From Candidatus Desantisbacteria bacterium CG1_02_49_89 (GTDB taxonomy: Bacteria; Desantisbacteria; UBA1551), in the NCBI GenBank assembly GCA_001871075.1, contig MNUP01000003.1, positions 1-41,843 of the forward strand: DNA of 41,843 nucleotides. Reading direction: 5' to 3'. Made by a program: the position numbers and the translations under genes. The notes below the pieces were generated by a model. It had not been told where the DNA came from, did not search any database, and worked only from the letters and a program-made list of their open reading frames with translations. This document shows positions 18,312-26,912 of this stretch, piece by piece (the first letter of the stretch is position 1; each line of letters starts with the position of its first letter).

Positions 18312-19616
18312 TTACACCCAGCCGCGCAGTTTCATTGCGTCCGCGACTCTTTTCACCGCGACTATATACGCGGCGACCCTCATATTGACCTTGAATTTCA
18401 GAGATGTGTCAAGCACGTCCTTGAATGACTTCGTCATTTTCCTGTCAAGGCGGGAATAAACCTCTTCCTCGCTCCACTGGTCGCCGGTCATGTTCTGGAC
18501 CCATTCAAAATAGGAAACAGTCACGCCGCCCGCGTTGCACAGGAAGTCCGGTACAACAAATACTCCGTTCTTGTAAAGGACTTCATCAGCCTCAGGTGTT
18601 GTGGGCCCGTTGGCGAGTTCCGCCATTATTTTGGCTTTTATCTTTGAAGCGTTCTTGCGGGTTATGACGTTTTCAAGCGCCGAAGGGATCAGGATGTCCG
18701 CGTCAAGCTCCAGGACATCTTCGTTAGATATGGGTTTCGTGCCGGGAAAATTGACAACCGAGCCTGTTTTTTTCTTATGCGCGAGCGCTCTATCCGGGTC
18801 GATCCCGTCAGCGTTGTAGATACCGCCTTTTGAATCGGTAACCGCGATGATCCTTGAGCCAAACATCCTTTTTCCGATTATAGCCGCGAAAGTGCCGGCG
18901 TTGCCGTAACCCTGGACAGCTATCGCCGCTTTCTTAAGGTCTATTTTTAAGTGTTTTGCCGCTTCCCTTACTGTGTAAAGCCCGCCCACAGCCGTTGAAT
19001 CACCCCTGCCAAGGGAACCGCCGGCCTCAAGGGGCTTGCCGGTTATTACGCCGGGGCAGTAATATCCCCTGATCTTGGAGAACTCGTCCATCATCCATGC
19101 CATCATCTGGGGGGTTGTATATACATCCGGAGCGGGGATATCTTTTTCCGGACCTATTACAGGATAGATCAATTCAATATATTTGCGGCTTAGCCTTTCC
19201 AGTTCTCCGGGGGACATTTCTTTGGGGTTGCATATGATCCCGCCCTTGCTGCCGCCCAGGGGGATGTCTACTACCGCGCATTTCCAGGTCATCCATGCAG
19301 AAAGAGCCCGGATCGTATCGATCGTTTCGTTCGGATGGTACCTGATACCGCCCTTGCAAGGGCCGCGCGCGTTGTTATACTGCACCCTGAAGCCCTTAAA
19401 AACCTTTACCGAACCGTCATCCATCTTTACCGGAACCGAGAGACGAAGTTCGCGCATCGGTTCCCTCAGGATCGCGTGCGTTCCCGGATCCAGTTTCAGT
19501 ATCTTTGCTGCCGTATCCAGTTGCTCCTGCGCGTTCTTGAAAGGATTTAACTCCTCCACGCCACTCCGGCGGGTCGCCGTTGAGGCGACTCTTCTACCCT
19601 GAAGATCTTCTGCCAT
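18312..19616 (-). CDS. gdhA: Glu/Leu/Phe/Val dehydrogenase family protein, most likely glutamate dehydrogenase
   Basis: GPCKGGIRY, GGSKGG, DIPAPD, QGYGNAG, ELANGP, NAGGVTVSYFEW; GGAGG RBS before ATG 19616. Confidence 0.93.
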   Translation of the reverse strand: MAEDLQGRRVASTATRRSGVEELNPFKNAQEQLDTAAKILKLDPGTHAILREPMRELRLSVPVKMDDGSVKVFKGFRVQYNNARGPCKGGIRYHPNETIDTIRALSAWMTWKCAVVDIPLGGSKGGIICNPKEMSPGELERLSRKYIELIYPVIGPEKDIPAPDVYTTPQMMAWMMDEFSKIRGYYCPGVITGKPLEAGGSLGRGDSTAVGGLYTVREAAKHLKIDLKKAAIAVQGYGNAGTFAAIIGKRMFGSRIIAVTDSKGGIYNADGIDPDRALAHKKKTGSVVNFPGTKPISNEDVLELDADILIPSALENVITRKNASKIKAKIMAELANGPTTPEADEVLYKNGVFVVPDFLCNAGGVTVSYFEWVQNMTGDQWSEEEVYSRLDRKMTKSFKDVLDTSLKFKVNMRVAAYIVAVKRVADAMKLRGWV

Positions 19617-19651
19617 TTTAAACCTCCCCGTTCTGGGAGGCACTTTTTATT

Positions 19652-19730
19652 AAAAAAAAGTGCCCTTTAGCCCCATTGTTTATGGGATCCGGACACCGTT
19701 GTCTACACACGCAGCACGTCATTGTGCCGC
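19652..19730 (-). promoter_or_regulatory. ANTAR-type dual hairpin and overlapping terminator in the gdh-carB leader
   Basis: mRNA P1 GCGGCAC-AAUGAC-GUGCUGC; P2 GAC-AACGGU-GUC; terminator GUGUCC...CCCAU-AAACA-AUGGG...GGGCAC followed by U8. Confidence 0.75.
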
Positions 19731-19758
19731 ACAGCCCATTTATAATACATTAATTAAT

Positions 19759-19786
19759 AGTATAATTAAAAAAATGATTTTGTCAA
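19759..19786 (-). promoter_or_regulatory. sigma70-type promoter of gdh-carB
   Basis: TTGACA (19786-19781), 16 nt, TATACT (19764-19759). Confidence 0.7.
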
Positions 19787-20032
19787 GCGTCGAGCAGATT
19801 TTTCAGACTCACAAAGCGCAGTCCCCCCTGTATGTTCCAAAAGAATCCCCGCGCTTAGGTTTATAAAAACCTGCGGGGACAATCCTAGTTTCTTTCATTC
19901 TATCGGAGCAAGGGGGGGCAAGTGGAGTATATTTCCGATGAAAATTCATCGGGACGCAGACCCGCCCCTTTAAATTTCCTTTTACTCCTCTCCCCTGGTG
20001 GGAGAGGATGCGGGTGAGGGGGGTGCCTTTTT

Positions 20033-21805
20033 TCATTTTTCGTAAGTGGAATAGTAATAAGGGGTCTTTGCCTCAAATTCCGCGGCGCAGGTGTCCACAA
20101 GCTTGAAACCAGGCGCAATGCCGTATTTTTTGCGCAGGTTCCTTATCGAGAGTTCGTCGGTTCCTGCAAGGCGCGCAAGCTGGGCGTCGCTGAACCCGTA
20201 TTCCTTTGCCCTGCGCAGCAGGGCAGCTGAAAGCTGAAAGCTGAAAGCTGAAAGTTTCTTGCTTTTGACCTTTGTCGCCACTTCGGCGACCCGCCGTTGA
20301 GGCGGGAGCTTTGACCTTTGAGCTTTGAGCTTGATTTCGTCCTCAAGCTCCACGATCTGCTTTATATTGTCCAGGAACCATGGGTCGATCTTTGTTATGT
20401 CATTAATTTCTTCAATTCCCATCCCTGCCTGCATGGCGTATTTAATAAAAAACACCCTTTCCGCATTCGGTGTTTTCAACCTATCTTTTATCATTTCCAG
20501 CATTTCATCGTTTATTCCTTCATTTTGACTTTTGCAATTTGCAATTTGACTTTTGACTTGCTTTGGCAGAAATTTATCATCCAGCCCCTGCGCCCCGATC
20601 TCAAGGGAGCGCAGGCCTTTCTGCAGGGCTTCCTTAAAAGTTCTCCCTATCGCCATGGTCTCGCCCACGGATTTCATCGATATCGTGAGCGCGGGGTCAG
20701 AGCCGGGGAATTTTTCAAACGTGAAACGCGGGATCTTTACCACGCAGTAATCGAGCACGGGTTCAAACGATGCGGGGGTTTCTTTGGTAATATCGTTGGG
20801 GATCTCATCAAGCGTGTACCCGACTGCAAGCTTCGCGGCGATCTTCGCTATGGGAAAGCCCGTTGCCTTGCTTGCGAGCGCGGAGCTGCGCGAGACCCTG
20901 GGGTTCATTTCAATGACCACCATCCTGCCGTTTTCAGGATTTACCGCGAACTGGATATTCGAGCCGCCGGTCTCCACGCCGATTTCCCGTATGACCGCGA
21001 TCGCCGCGTTGCGCATGATCTGGTATTCCTTATCTGACAGCGTCTGAGCAGGGGCAACGGTTATGCTGTCCCCGGTATGAACTCCCATCGGGTCAAAATT
21101 TTCTATGGAGCAGATTATTACCACGTTATCTTTTAAGTCGCGCATTACCTCGAGCTCAAATTCTTTCCAGCCGATTATGGATTCTTCGATCAAAATTTCA
21201 CTTACCATGCTTTCTTCAAGCCCCTTGGATGCAATTGTTTCAAATTCCTCAATGTTATAGGCAATTCCGCCGCCCGTTCCTCCCAGCGTGAAGCTGGGAC
21301 GGATTATCAAAGGGAATCCTGTCTCGCCGGCAATAACCCTTGCTTCTTTTATATTGTATGCCTGAGCGCTCTTCGGAAGGTCCAATCCTATTTTTATCAT
21401 TGCATCTTTAAAAAGCTGGCGGTCTTCGGCTTTTTTAATTGCCTGAAGGTTTGCACCGATCATTTTAACATTATATTTTTCAAGGATGCCTGATTCGGCG
21501 ACTTTTACGGCGATGTTAAGGGCGGTCTGCCCTCCGAGCGTCGGAAGCAGGGTATCGGGCCTTTCCCTTTCGATTATTTTCCCGGCTGTTTCCGCAGTTA
21601 TAGGCTCGATATAGGTATGTTGCGCCATTTCCGGGTCGGTCATGATCGTTGCGGGATTTGAATTTAACAGTACGATTTCGAATCCCTCGGCTCGAAGAGC
21701 CTTGCAGGCCTGCGCCCCGGAATAGTCAAACTCGCAGGCCTGGCTGATGATAATGGGCCCGGAGCCGATGATCAGAATTTTGTGTATGTCCGTTCGTTTT
21801 GGCAT
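20033..21805 (-). CDS. carB: Carbamoyl-phosphate synthase large subunit, N-terminal half only (carboxyphosphate and oligomerisation domains)
   Basis: [30 protein letters not shown] ... [21 protein letters not shown]-stop; ends at the inter-half boundary. Confidence 0.9.
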   Translation of the reverse strand: MPKRTDIHKILIIGSGPIIISQACEFDYSGAQACKALRAEGFEIVLLNSNPATIMTDPEMAQHTYIEPITAETAGKIIERERPDTLLPTLGGQTALNIAVKVAESGILEKYNVKMIGANLQAIKKAEDRQLFKDAMIKIGLDLPKSAQAYNIKEARVIAGETGFPLIIRPSFTLGGTGGGIAYNIEEFETIASKGLEESMVSEILIEESIIGWKEFELEVMRDLKDNVVIICSIENFDPMGVHTGDSITVAPAQTLSDKEYQIMRNAAIAVIREIGVETGGSNIQFAVNPENGRMVVIEMNPRVSRSSALASKATGFPIAKIAAKLAVGYTLDEIPNDITKETPASFEPVLDYCVVKIPRFTFEKFPGSDPALTISMKSVGETMAIGRTFKEALQKGLRSLEIGAQGLDDKFLPKQVKSQIANCKSQNEGINDEMLEMIKDRLKTPNAERVFFIKYAMQAGMGIEEINDITKIDPWFLDNIKQIVELEDEIKLKAQRSKLPPQRRVAEVATKVKSKKLSAFSFQLSAALLRRAKEYGFSDAQLARLAGTDELSIRNLRKKYGIAPGFKLVDTCAAEFEAKTPYYYSTYEK

Positions 21806-21888
21806 TTCAACTCCAGCAAAACCGTCGAACGTCGCAAGTCGGACGTCGTTCGTTAAATTCTTTTACGTAAGACGCTCGACGTACGACG

Positions 21889-23088
21889 CTATCTGTCCAT
21901 GAGGCGGACAAACTCTCCGAATAAATATTGCGAGTCGTGAGGGCCGGGTGAAGCCTCCGGATGATACTGCACCGAGAAGATAGGTAATTTTTTATGCCGC
22001 ATCCCTTCCGGAGTGTTATCGTAAAGATTTACATGCGTCATTTCAATGTCTTCGCTGCCGAATGAATTGATGTCAACGCAGAACCCATGGTTCTGCGCGG
22101 TGATCGCGATCTTCCCGGTTTTCAGGTCCTTGACAGGATGGTTTCCGCCGTGATGCCCAAATTTCAACTTATACGTTTTTCCTCCCAGCCCCAGCCCCAG
22201 CATCTGGTGGCCCAGACAGATGCCGAATAATACCGTCGTGCGTCGCCCTTGCGGGTCGTGCGTCGTGCGTATCAAATCCCTGACGGTTTCAACAACGTAG
22301 GGGACCGCGGAGGGATCGCCAGGGCCGTTTGACAGCAGGATGCCGTCAGGTTTGTATGCCAGTATTTCATCCGCGGTTGTTTGCGCCGGAACAACAGTTA
22401 CGTCGCAGCCTTCCGCGGCAAGGCTGTTCAGTATGTTATGCTTGACCCCGCAGTCCAATACCACCACATTAAACCGTCGTGCGTCGTGCGTCGCGCGTCG
22501 TGCGTTTTCTGCTGGACACTGGTCGCCACTTCGGCGGCCCGCCGATGAGGCGGGACACTGGCCGCTGGACACTGGACACTTGTTTTCCCACTTGTAGGGC
22601 TTGTCACAGGTGACTTCCCGGACCAGATCAACGCCTACAAGGCCGGGAGACGCCTTTGCTTTTTTAACAAGCCTTTTCCCGTCCGGGTCCTTAGTTGAAA
22701 GAACGGCCTTCATGGCTCCTGCAAGCCTTATGCGGCAGGTGAGCGCGCGGGTGTCAATTCCCTCTATACCCGGGATCTTGTGTTCCTTCAGGAAATCACC
22801 CAGGCTTGTCCTTCCGCGCCAGTTTGAGAAGATCCTGCTGCATTCCTTGACAACGAAACCTTCAAGGAACGGCTTCCTGGACTCAAAATCCTCCGGGTTT
22901 ACGCCGTAATTCCCTATAAGGGGGTATGTCATGCAGACGATCTGGCCTTTATATGAAGGATCGGTAAGTATCTCCTGATAACCGGACATGCTCGTGTTGA
23001 ACACGACTTCGCCGCAGCTTTCCCCGTCTGCGCCGAAGGATTCTCCTTCAAATACGGTCCCGTCTTCCAGAGCCAGCATCGCCTTCAT
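21889..23088 (-). CDS. carA: Carbamoyl-phosphate synthase small (glutaminase) subunit
   Basis: GEVVFNTSMSGYQEILTDPSY, SNGPGDP, GICLGHQ, QYHPEASPGPHD. Confidence 0.97.
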   Translation of the reverse strand: MKAMLALEDGTVFEGESFGADGESCGEVVFNTSMSGYQEILTDPSYKGQIVCMTYPLIGNYGVNPEDFESRKPFLEGFVVKECSRIFSNWRGRTSLGDFLKEHKIPGIEGIDTRALTCRIRLAGAMKAVLSTKDPDGKRLVKKAKASPGLVGVDLVREVTCDKPYKWENKCPVSSGQCPASSAGRRSGDQCPAENARRATHDARRFNVVVLDCGVKHNILNSLAAEGCDVTVVPAQTTADEILAYKPDGILLSNGPGDPSAVPYVVETVRDLIRTTHDPQGRRTTVLFGICLGHQMLGLGLGGKTYKLKFGHHGGNHPVKDLKTGKIAITAQNHGFCVDINSFGSEDIEMTHVNLYDNTPEGMRHKKLPIFSVQYHPEASPGPHDSQYLFGEFVRLMDR

Positions 23089-23192
23089 ACAAACCTCTCT
23101 ATGTTTGACACAGATTCACACTGTAATAATCACTGTAATCATCTTTTAATAATCACCGTAATCGTCAGTTAAAAATCACCGTAATCATCTTT

Positions 23193-23262
23193 AAAATAAA
23201 AAGCCTTCCAGGGCGTTCTATGCCCGGAAGGCTCCATTGCCTCAGGTATTACATTATACCTA
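23193..23262 (-). promoter_or_regulatory. ANTAR dual hairpin and overlapping terminator in the carA leader
   Basis: mRNA P1 AGGUAU-AAUGUA-AUACCU; P2 AGGC-AAUGGA-GCCU; terminator AGCCUUCCGGGC...GCCCUGGAAGGCU-UUUUAUUUU uses the P2 3' arm. Confidence 0.9.
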
Positions 23263-23266
23263 AGGT

Positions 23267-23294
23267 ATTATAACATAAAACATGATAATGTCAA
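23267..23294 (-). promoter_or_regulatory. sigma70-type promoter of carA and the half carB
   Basis: TTGACA (23294-23289), 16-nt spacer ending TGT, TATAAT (23272-23267). Confidence 0.8.
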
Positions 23295-23386
23295 GCGTCG
23301 GACAGATTTTTAAAGCTCATAAAGTGAAGATTCTGCCAGCTGGCGCGGACAACCGAATCCCGATGAATTTTATCGGGACGCAGTCT

Positions 23387-24082
23387 TTAGACCTTTTCAA
23401 GCTCCGTGGCCAGGATTATCGCTTCAGCGACTTCTTTCATTGATTTGCGGATATCCATGCTTTTTTTCTGGATACGCCTGAAAGCCTCTTCTTCTGTCAG
23501 GCCCTGCCTCATGAGGATGCCCTTGGCGCGGTCAATGATTTTCCTTGTTTCAAGCTCCTCCTGTATCTCCCGGGATTTCAGCATGAGCTGGGCATTCTCG
23601 ATGACGACCGCTGCCTGGTTTGCGATCGTGCTCAGGAGGTTTATTTCCTCCTCGGTGAATTCGTGCGGTGAATCGGTGTAACAGTTCAGCACCCCGATCA
23701 CTTTGCCCTTCACGCTCAGGGGGACGCTGAGCAGGGAACAGAGCCCTTCCTTTTCGGCTATGTCGTGGTTTATATAGTGCCGGTCCTTTTTCACGTCCAG
23801 CACAGCAACCGGCCTGTTTTCCTTCGCGGCCCTGCCGGCGATTCCCTCGCCCAGCCTGATGGAATTCTTCTTCCTGTATTCTTCGCTTATGGATTGGGTC
23901 GCGCATATGGCAAGTTCTTTCTTTCCGTTCAAAAGCAATAGGGAACAGATCCTGGAGTTCATGACCTCGGCGGTGATGGAAACAATGGAATTCAGGATGT
24001 CGTCAAGACACATATTTGACGTCATCATTTTCCCGATCCTGGAAAGCGCCTCTATTTGTTTGCCGTACGTGGCTGCATTCAT
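23387..24082 (-). CDS. GAF-ANTAR one-component RNA-binding antiterminator
   Basis: GAF (LGEGIAG...SLLSVPL...VIGVLN...LLSTIANQAAVVIENA) followed by ANTAR (LETRKIIDRAKGILM...EEEAFRRIQKKSMD...MKEVAEAII). Confidence 0.95.
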   Translation of the reverse strand: MNAATYGKQIEALSRIGKMMTSNMCLDDILNSIVSITAEVMNSRICSLLLLNGKKELAICATQSISEEYRKKNSIRLGEGIAGRAAKENRPVAVLDVKKDRHYINHDIAEKEGLCSLLSVPLSVKGKVIGVLNCYTDSPHEFTEEEINLLSTIANQAAVVIENAQLMLKSREIQEELETRKIIDRAKGILMRQGLTEEEAFRRIQKKSMDIRKSMKEVAEAIILATELEKV

Positions 24083-24124
24083 TTTAACCCCAAAATATTA
24101 TGCGCCTCAGCCCGCGGCTCCACG

Positions 24125-24595
24125 TTATGCCAGCAGCAGGGCAGGCGAGTGGACCGAATGTATGAGCGATGCGCACCCCGTTCTTTTAACCGACTCTTTT
24201 TCCTCAAGGATGCTTATGTCAAGGATCTCCGCGAGCGCTGAAGTGCCGTTTCCGATAAGCCCTTTATAGGCACCGAGTACAGCGGTTTTAAGCTCGCCGA
24301 TCCTGCGGATAAGGCGCCGGTTTCTGTTCCTGACCACCACCAGAAGGTCAATGTCCGAAGTGATGCCCGCTCTGTCATCCACGGTGCTGCCAAAAATGTA
24401 GACTGCCTTCACCACCGGGCAGGTTGCGCGCAGGTATGTGGAGATCCGGCGCGCAAGACAGTAGCGGAACATACTGTGCGCCCAGGTATCGCCTGAGTGC
24501 AGGTAGTCCATGATCATTGAAGCCTTTCCGTTTGCCTTGTTTCGGCAGGACCTCAGGGCTTTTTCAACAAATTTTTCCGCCGAACCGGCGTCCAT
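24125..24595 (-). CDS. Small Pol-beta-superfamily (minimal) nucleotidyltransferase-domain protein
   Basis: VYIFGSTV...SDIDLLVV motif; positioned between the glutamate-synthase-family gene and the ANTAR gene. Confidence 0.75.
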   Translation of the reverse strand: MDAGSAEKFVEKALRSCRNKANGKASMIMDYLHSGDTWAHSMFRYCLARRISTYLRATCPVVKAVYIFGSTVDDRAGITSDIDLLVVVRNRNRRLIRRIGELKTAVLGAYKGLIGNGTSALAEILDISILEEKESVKRTGCASLIHSVHSPALLLA

Positions 24596-24623
24596 TTTCT
24601 CCTGCTTTAGCTGTTGAAGCGGG

Positions 24624-26240
24624 TCAGGCGGAAGCCAGCGTGGGCTCTTTGCGGTTCTTCACCTTCACGGCGCGCCCGTTTAAAATGCTTTCCACCTCTT
24701 TCCAGTCAGACTCCATGACAAAAGGAATGCCCGAAACATCGGATGCTTCCCGCGTCAACGCGACAATATCATCCCTGGTTATGTGTTTCAGGGCGAATTT
24801 CCTTTCGCCCGCCATAAGCTGCCGCAGGCCCGTAACGAGCCTGTCATAATAGGTATACATGCCGATCGCGCCGGCGGGTATTTTTGAAAAGTCCTTGCCG
24901 TATTTATCTTTCAGTTTTTCGGCATTGACAAATACCTGTTCGATCGAGTCGCCGTATTTCTTGTATTCGGGCGGGACCTTTCCTTCCTTAATAAGGTTCC
25001 CGACGGTCTTTGCGGCCATTGTCGCGGCGAAGGTAGCCCTTCCCATGCATATAGCCTTTACGTACGGCGCTCCCAGCGCGAGGGCCTTGAAAATGTGATC
25101 TTCCAGCGAAAACCCGCCTGCCATCGCAACGGGGGGGACATGCATGCCTTTTTCCTCGATCTTTCTCAGCATGTTATAAAGCATGGATTCAAGTTCCACT
25201 GTCGGGATCCCCCACTCGTTCATCATCCTCCATGGGCTCATTCCGGTCCCGCCGCTTGCGCCGTCCACCGTAAGCAGGTCTATTTTCGCGACGGAAGAAT
25301 ATTTTACCGCCCTTGCCAGGTCTGCCGGGCGGTACGCGCCGGTCTTAAGGGTCACGTACTTGAACCCGAGTTTCCTGAGCCGCTCAACTTCCTTATAAAA
25401 TGCTTCTTCTTCAACCATTCCGAGGCGTGAGTGCCTTTCGAATTCCTTGATCGCCCCTTCCTTGTATGCTTTCTGGACCACGGGGTCTTCGGGATCAGGA
25501 TACACGATGTATCCTCTTTTTTTGAGCTGCAAAGCCCTTTCTATTGTGGGGAGCTTAACTTCTCCCCCTATGTCTTTCGCGCCCTGTCCCCATTTCGGCT
25601 CGATCGCTTCCACTCCCAGCTCAAGCACGTATTCCGGAACTCCGAGCCTTCCGTCTTCAATGTTATACTGGACCACGATCGCGCCGCTGCCATCATGCCA
25701 TTTCTGGTAGCTCTTGACCCTCCTGTCCATTTCCGGGGATTTCACGACCCTGCCGTTCTTGATCTCGCTGTCAGGGTCCATCCCGCAGACGTTCTCGCCT
25801 ACCACCACCATTGTGCCGCAGATAGCCGCTCCGACCGCGGTGTCCTCCCAGTTTATGCGGGCCACATCTGTTGAACCCAGCGCTCCGGTGAAAAACGGGA
25901 CATCCAGTTTCAGCCTGTTTTTGGACCCGATCTCGGTGCCAACATTCACTGAAGGGAAGGTGGCTTTGTCCGAATCCGCCTCTGTTCCTACCGCTCCCAC
26001 GCAGGTCCCCTGAATATTAAAATGCGAGAAATCTATAGGGTAATCTTTCTCGCTTCCCGCCACGATCTTTCCGTAAGGCTGGGGATAGAGAAACTCCCTG
26101 CCTCTTATGGCTGACTTAGCCACCTCGCACAGGCCGACGCACCCATCCATGCATGTTACGCACAGCCCGGATACGGGCGACGCGTTCACCCTGTTCCTTG
26201 TCCCTGTTGCGGGACTCGCATTAGGCTTGCTGAACGACAT
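24624..26240 (-). CDS. Stand-alone FMN-binding glutamate synthase family protein with an N-terminal Cys cluster
   Basis: CVTCMDGCVGLCE; EPKWGQGAKDIGGE; TVDGASGGTG; AMAGG...FKALALGA. Confidence 0.85.
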   Translation of the reverse strand: MSFSKPNASPATGTRNRVNASPVSGLCVTCMDGCVGLCEVAKSAIRGREFLYPQPYGKIVAGSEKDYPIDFSHFNIQGTCVGAVGTEADSDKATFPSVNVGTEIGSKNRLKLDVPFFTGALGSTDVARINWEDTAVGAAICGTMVVVGENVCGMDPDSEIKNGRVVKSPEMDRRVKSYQKWHDGSGAIVVQYNIEDGRLGVPEYVLELGVEAIEPKWGQGAKDIGGEVKLPTIERALQLKKRGYIVYPDPEDPVVQKAYKEGAIKEFERHSRLGMVEEEAFYKEVERLRKLGFKYVTLKTGAYRPADLARAVKYSSVAKIDLLTVDGASGGTGMSPWRMMNEWGIPTVELESMLYNMLRKIEEKGMHVPPVAMAGGFSLEDHIFKALALGAPYVKAICMGRATFAATMAAKTVGNLIKEGKVPPEYKKYGDSIEQVFVNAEKLKDKYGKDFSKIPAGAIGMYTYYDRLVTGLRQLMAGERKFALKHITRDDIVALTREASDVSGIPFVMESDWKEVESILNGRAVKVKNRKEPTLASA

Positions 26241-26352
26241 TGTCTCCCTCCTTCCTTTAAGATATGATTACGGTGATTGTTTACTGATGATTACGGTGAT
26301 TAAATATCTTGAATCACTGCAATCTCTTTTAGAATCACTGTAATCAGTCTGT

Positions 26353-26436
26353 AAAAAAAAATAAACGTCTTCCTTGCCATGAACCGGATGGTTCACGACT
26401 GTAGAGGTCATCCTCTACGGAAGACGTCCTTGTTCC
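26353..26436 (-). promoter_or_regulatory. Second (distal) attenuator in the leader of 24624..26240
   Basis: ACGUCUUCC...GGAAGACGU-UUAUUUUUUUUU terminator closing two internal hairpins; bulged P2-like GGGAAC-AAGGAC-GUCUUCC overlaps its 5' arm. Confidence 0.6.
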
Positions 26437-26547
26437 CCCTGTTCCGATACATCAGAGTGACAGGGGGGTTCGATGCATTCCATGCATCTCTGTCCTACGA
26501 AGCCCGTCTTTTCTGCTCCAAGAGCTTCCGGAGGGCGTAGTAGGACC

Positions 26548-26615
26548 AAAAAAAAGCCTTCTCTCCCGTCATCGGGAAAGAAGGCAGCTCTGCCTTTCTG
26601 ACACATAACCGTGTC
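26548..26615 (-). promoter_or_regulatory. ANTAR-type dual hairpin and terminator (proximal) in the leader of 24624..26240
   Basis: P1 UGACAC-GGUUAU-GUGUCA (non-consensus loop); P2 AAGGC-AGAGCU-GCCUU; terminator GCCUUCUUUCCCG-AUGA-CGGGAGAGAAGGC-U8. Confidence 0.75.
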
Positions 26616-26625
26616 AACTGGATAT

Positions 26626-26653
26626 AGTATAACACAAAAAATACGGTTGTCAA
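26626..26653 (-). promoter_or_regulatory. sigma70-type promoter
   Basis: TTGACA (26653-26648), 16-nt spacer ending TGT, TATACT (26631-26626). Confidence 0.75.
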
Positions 26654-26912
26654 GTTATTATTGATTTTCAAGCAGAGCAGAGCATTTTCACCCGTTTTAT
26701 TGTATCCTCGCCCCTTGTGGAAGAGGATTGAGGTGAGGGAAGATTGGAGTAGGGCGTTTATGTCCGTGAGTTTAAATTTCCACTTTGAAAAAGGGGGGAC
26801 TTGTAATTGAGCAAAGTGTCTACGCTCGTTACGTTGTTGCAGCAACTCCTCTTATTCACTTTGTTTTCGCTCGTATAAATGAATAATAAAAGACGAAAAT
26901 ATACGATTTTTC

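Noticed and set aside
19787-19803. CGAGCAGATTTTTC / CGAACATGTTTTTG as Gram-positive-type SOS (CGAAC-N4-GTTCG) boxes for the LexA in the window
   Set aside because: The right half-site does not match, and no similar site lies upstream of lexA itself
20030-20040. Stop-codon read-through or frameshift joining the half carB to a downstream C-terminal half
   Set aside because: The sequence after the TGA consists of palindromic repeats and the gdh promoter, with no CarB-like coding seen
24125-24595. MNT-HEPN toxin-antitoxin pair
   Set aside because: No adjacent HEPN (RxxxxH) gene; neighbours are nitrogen genes
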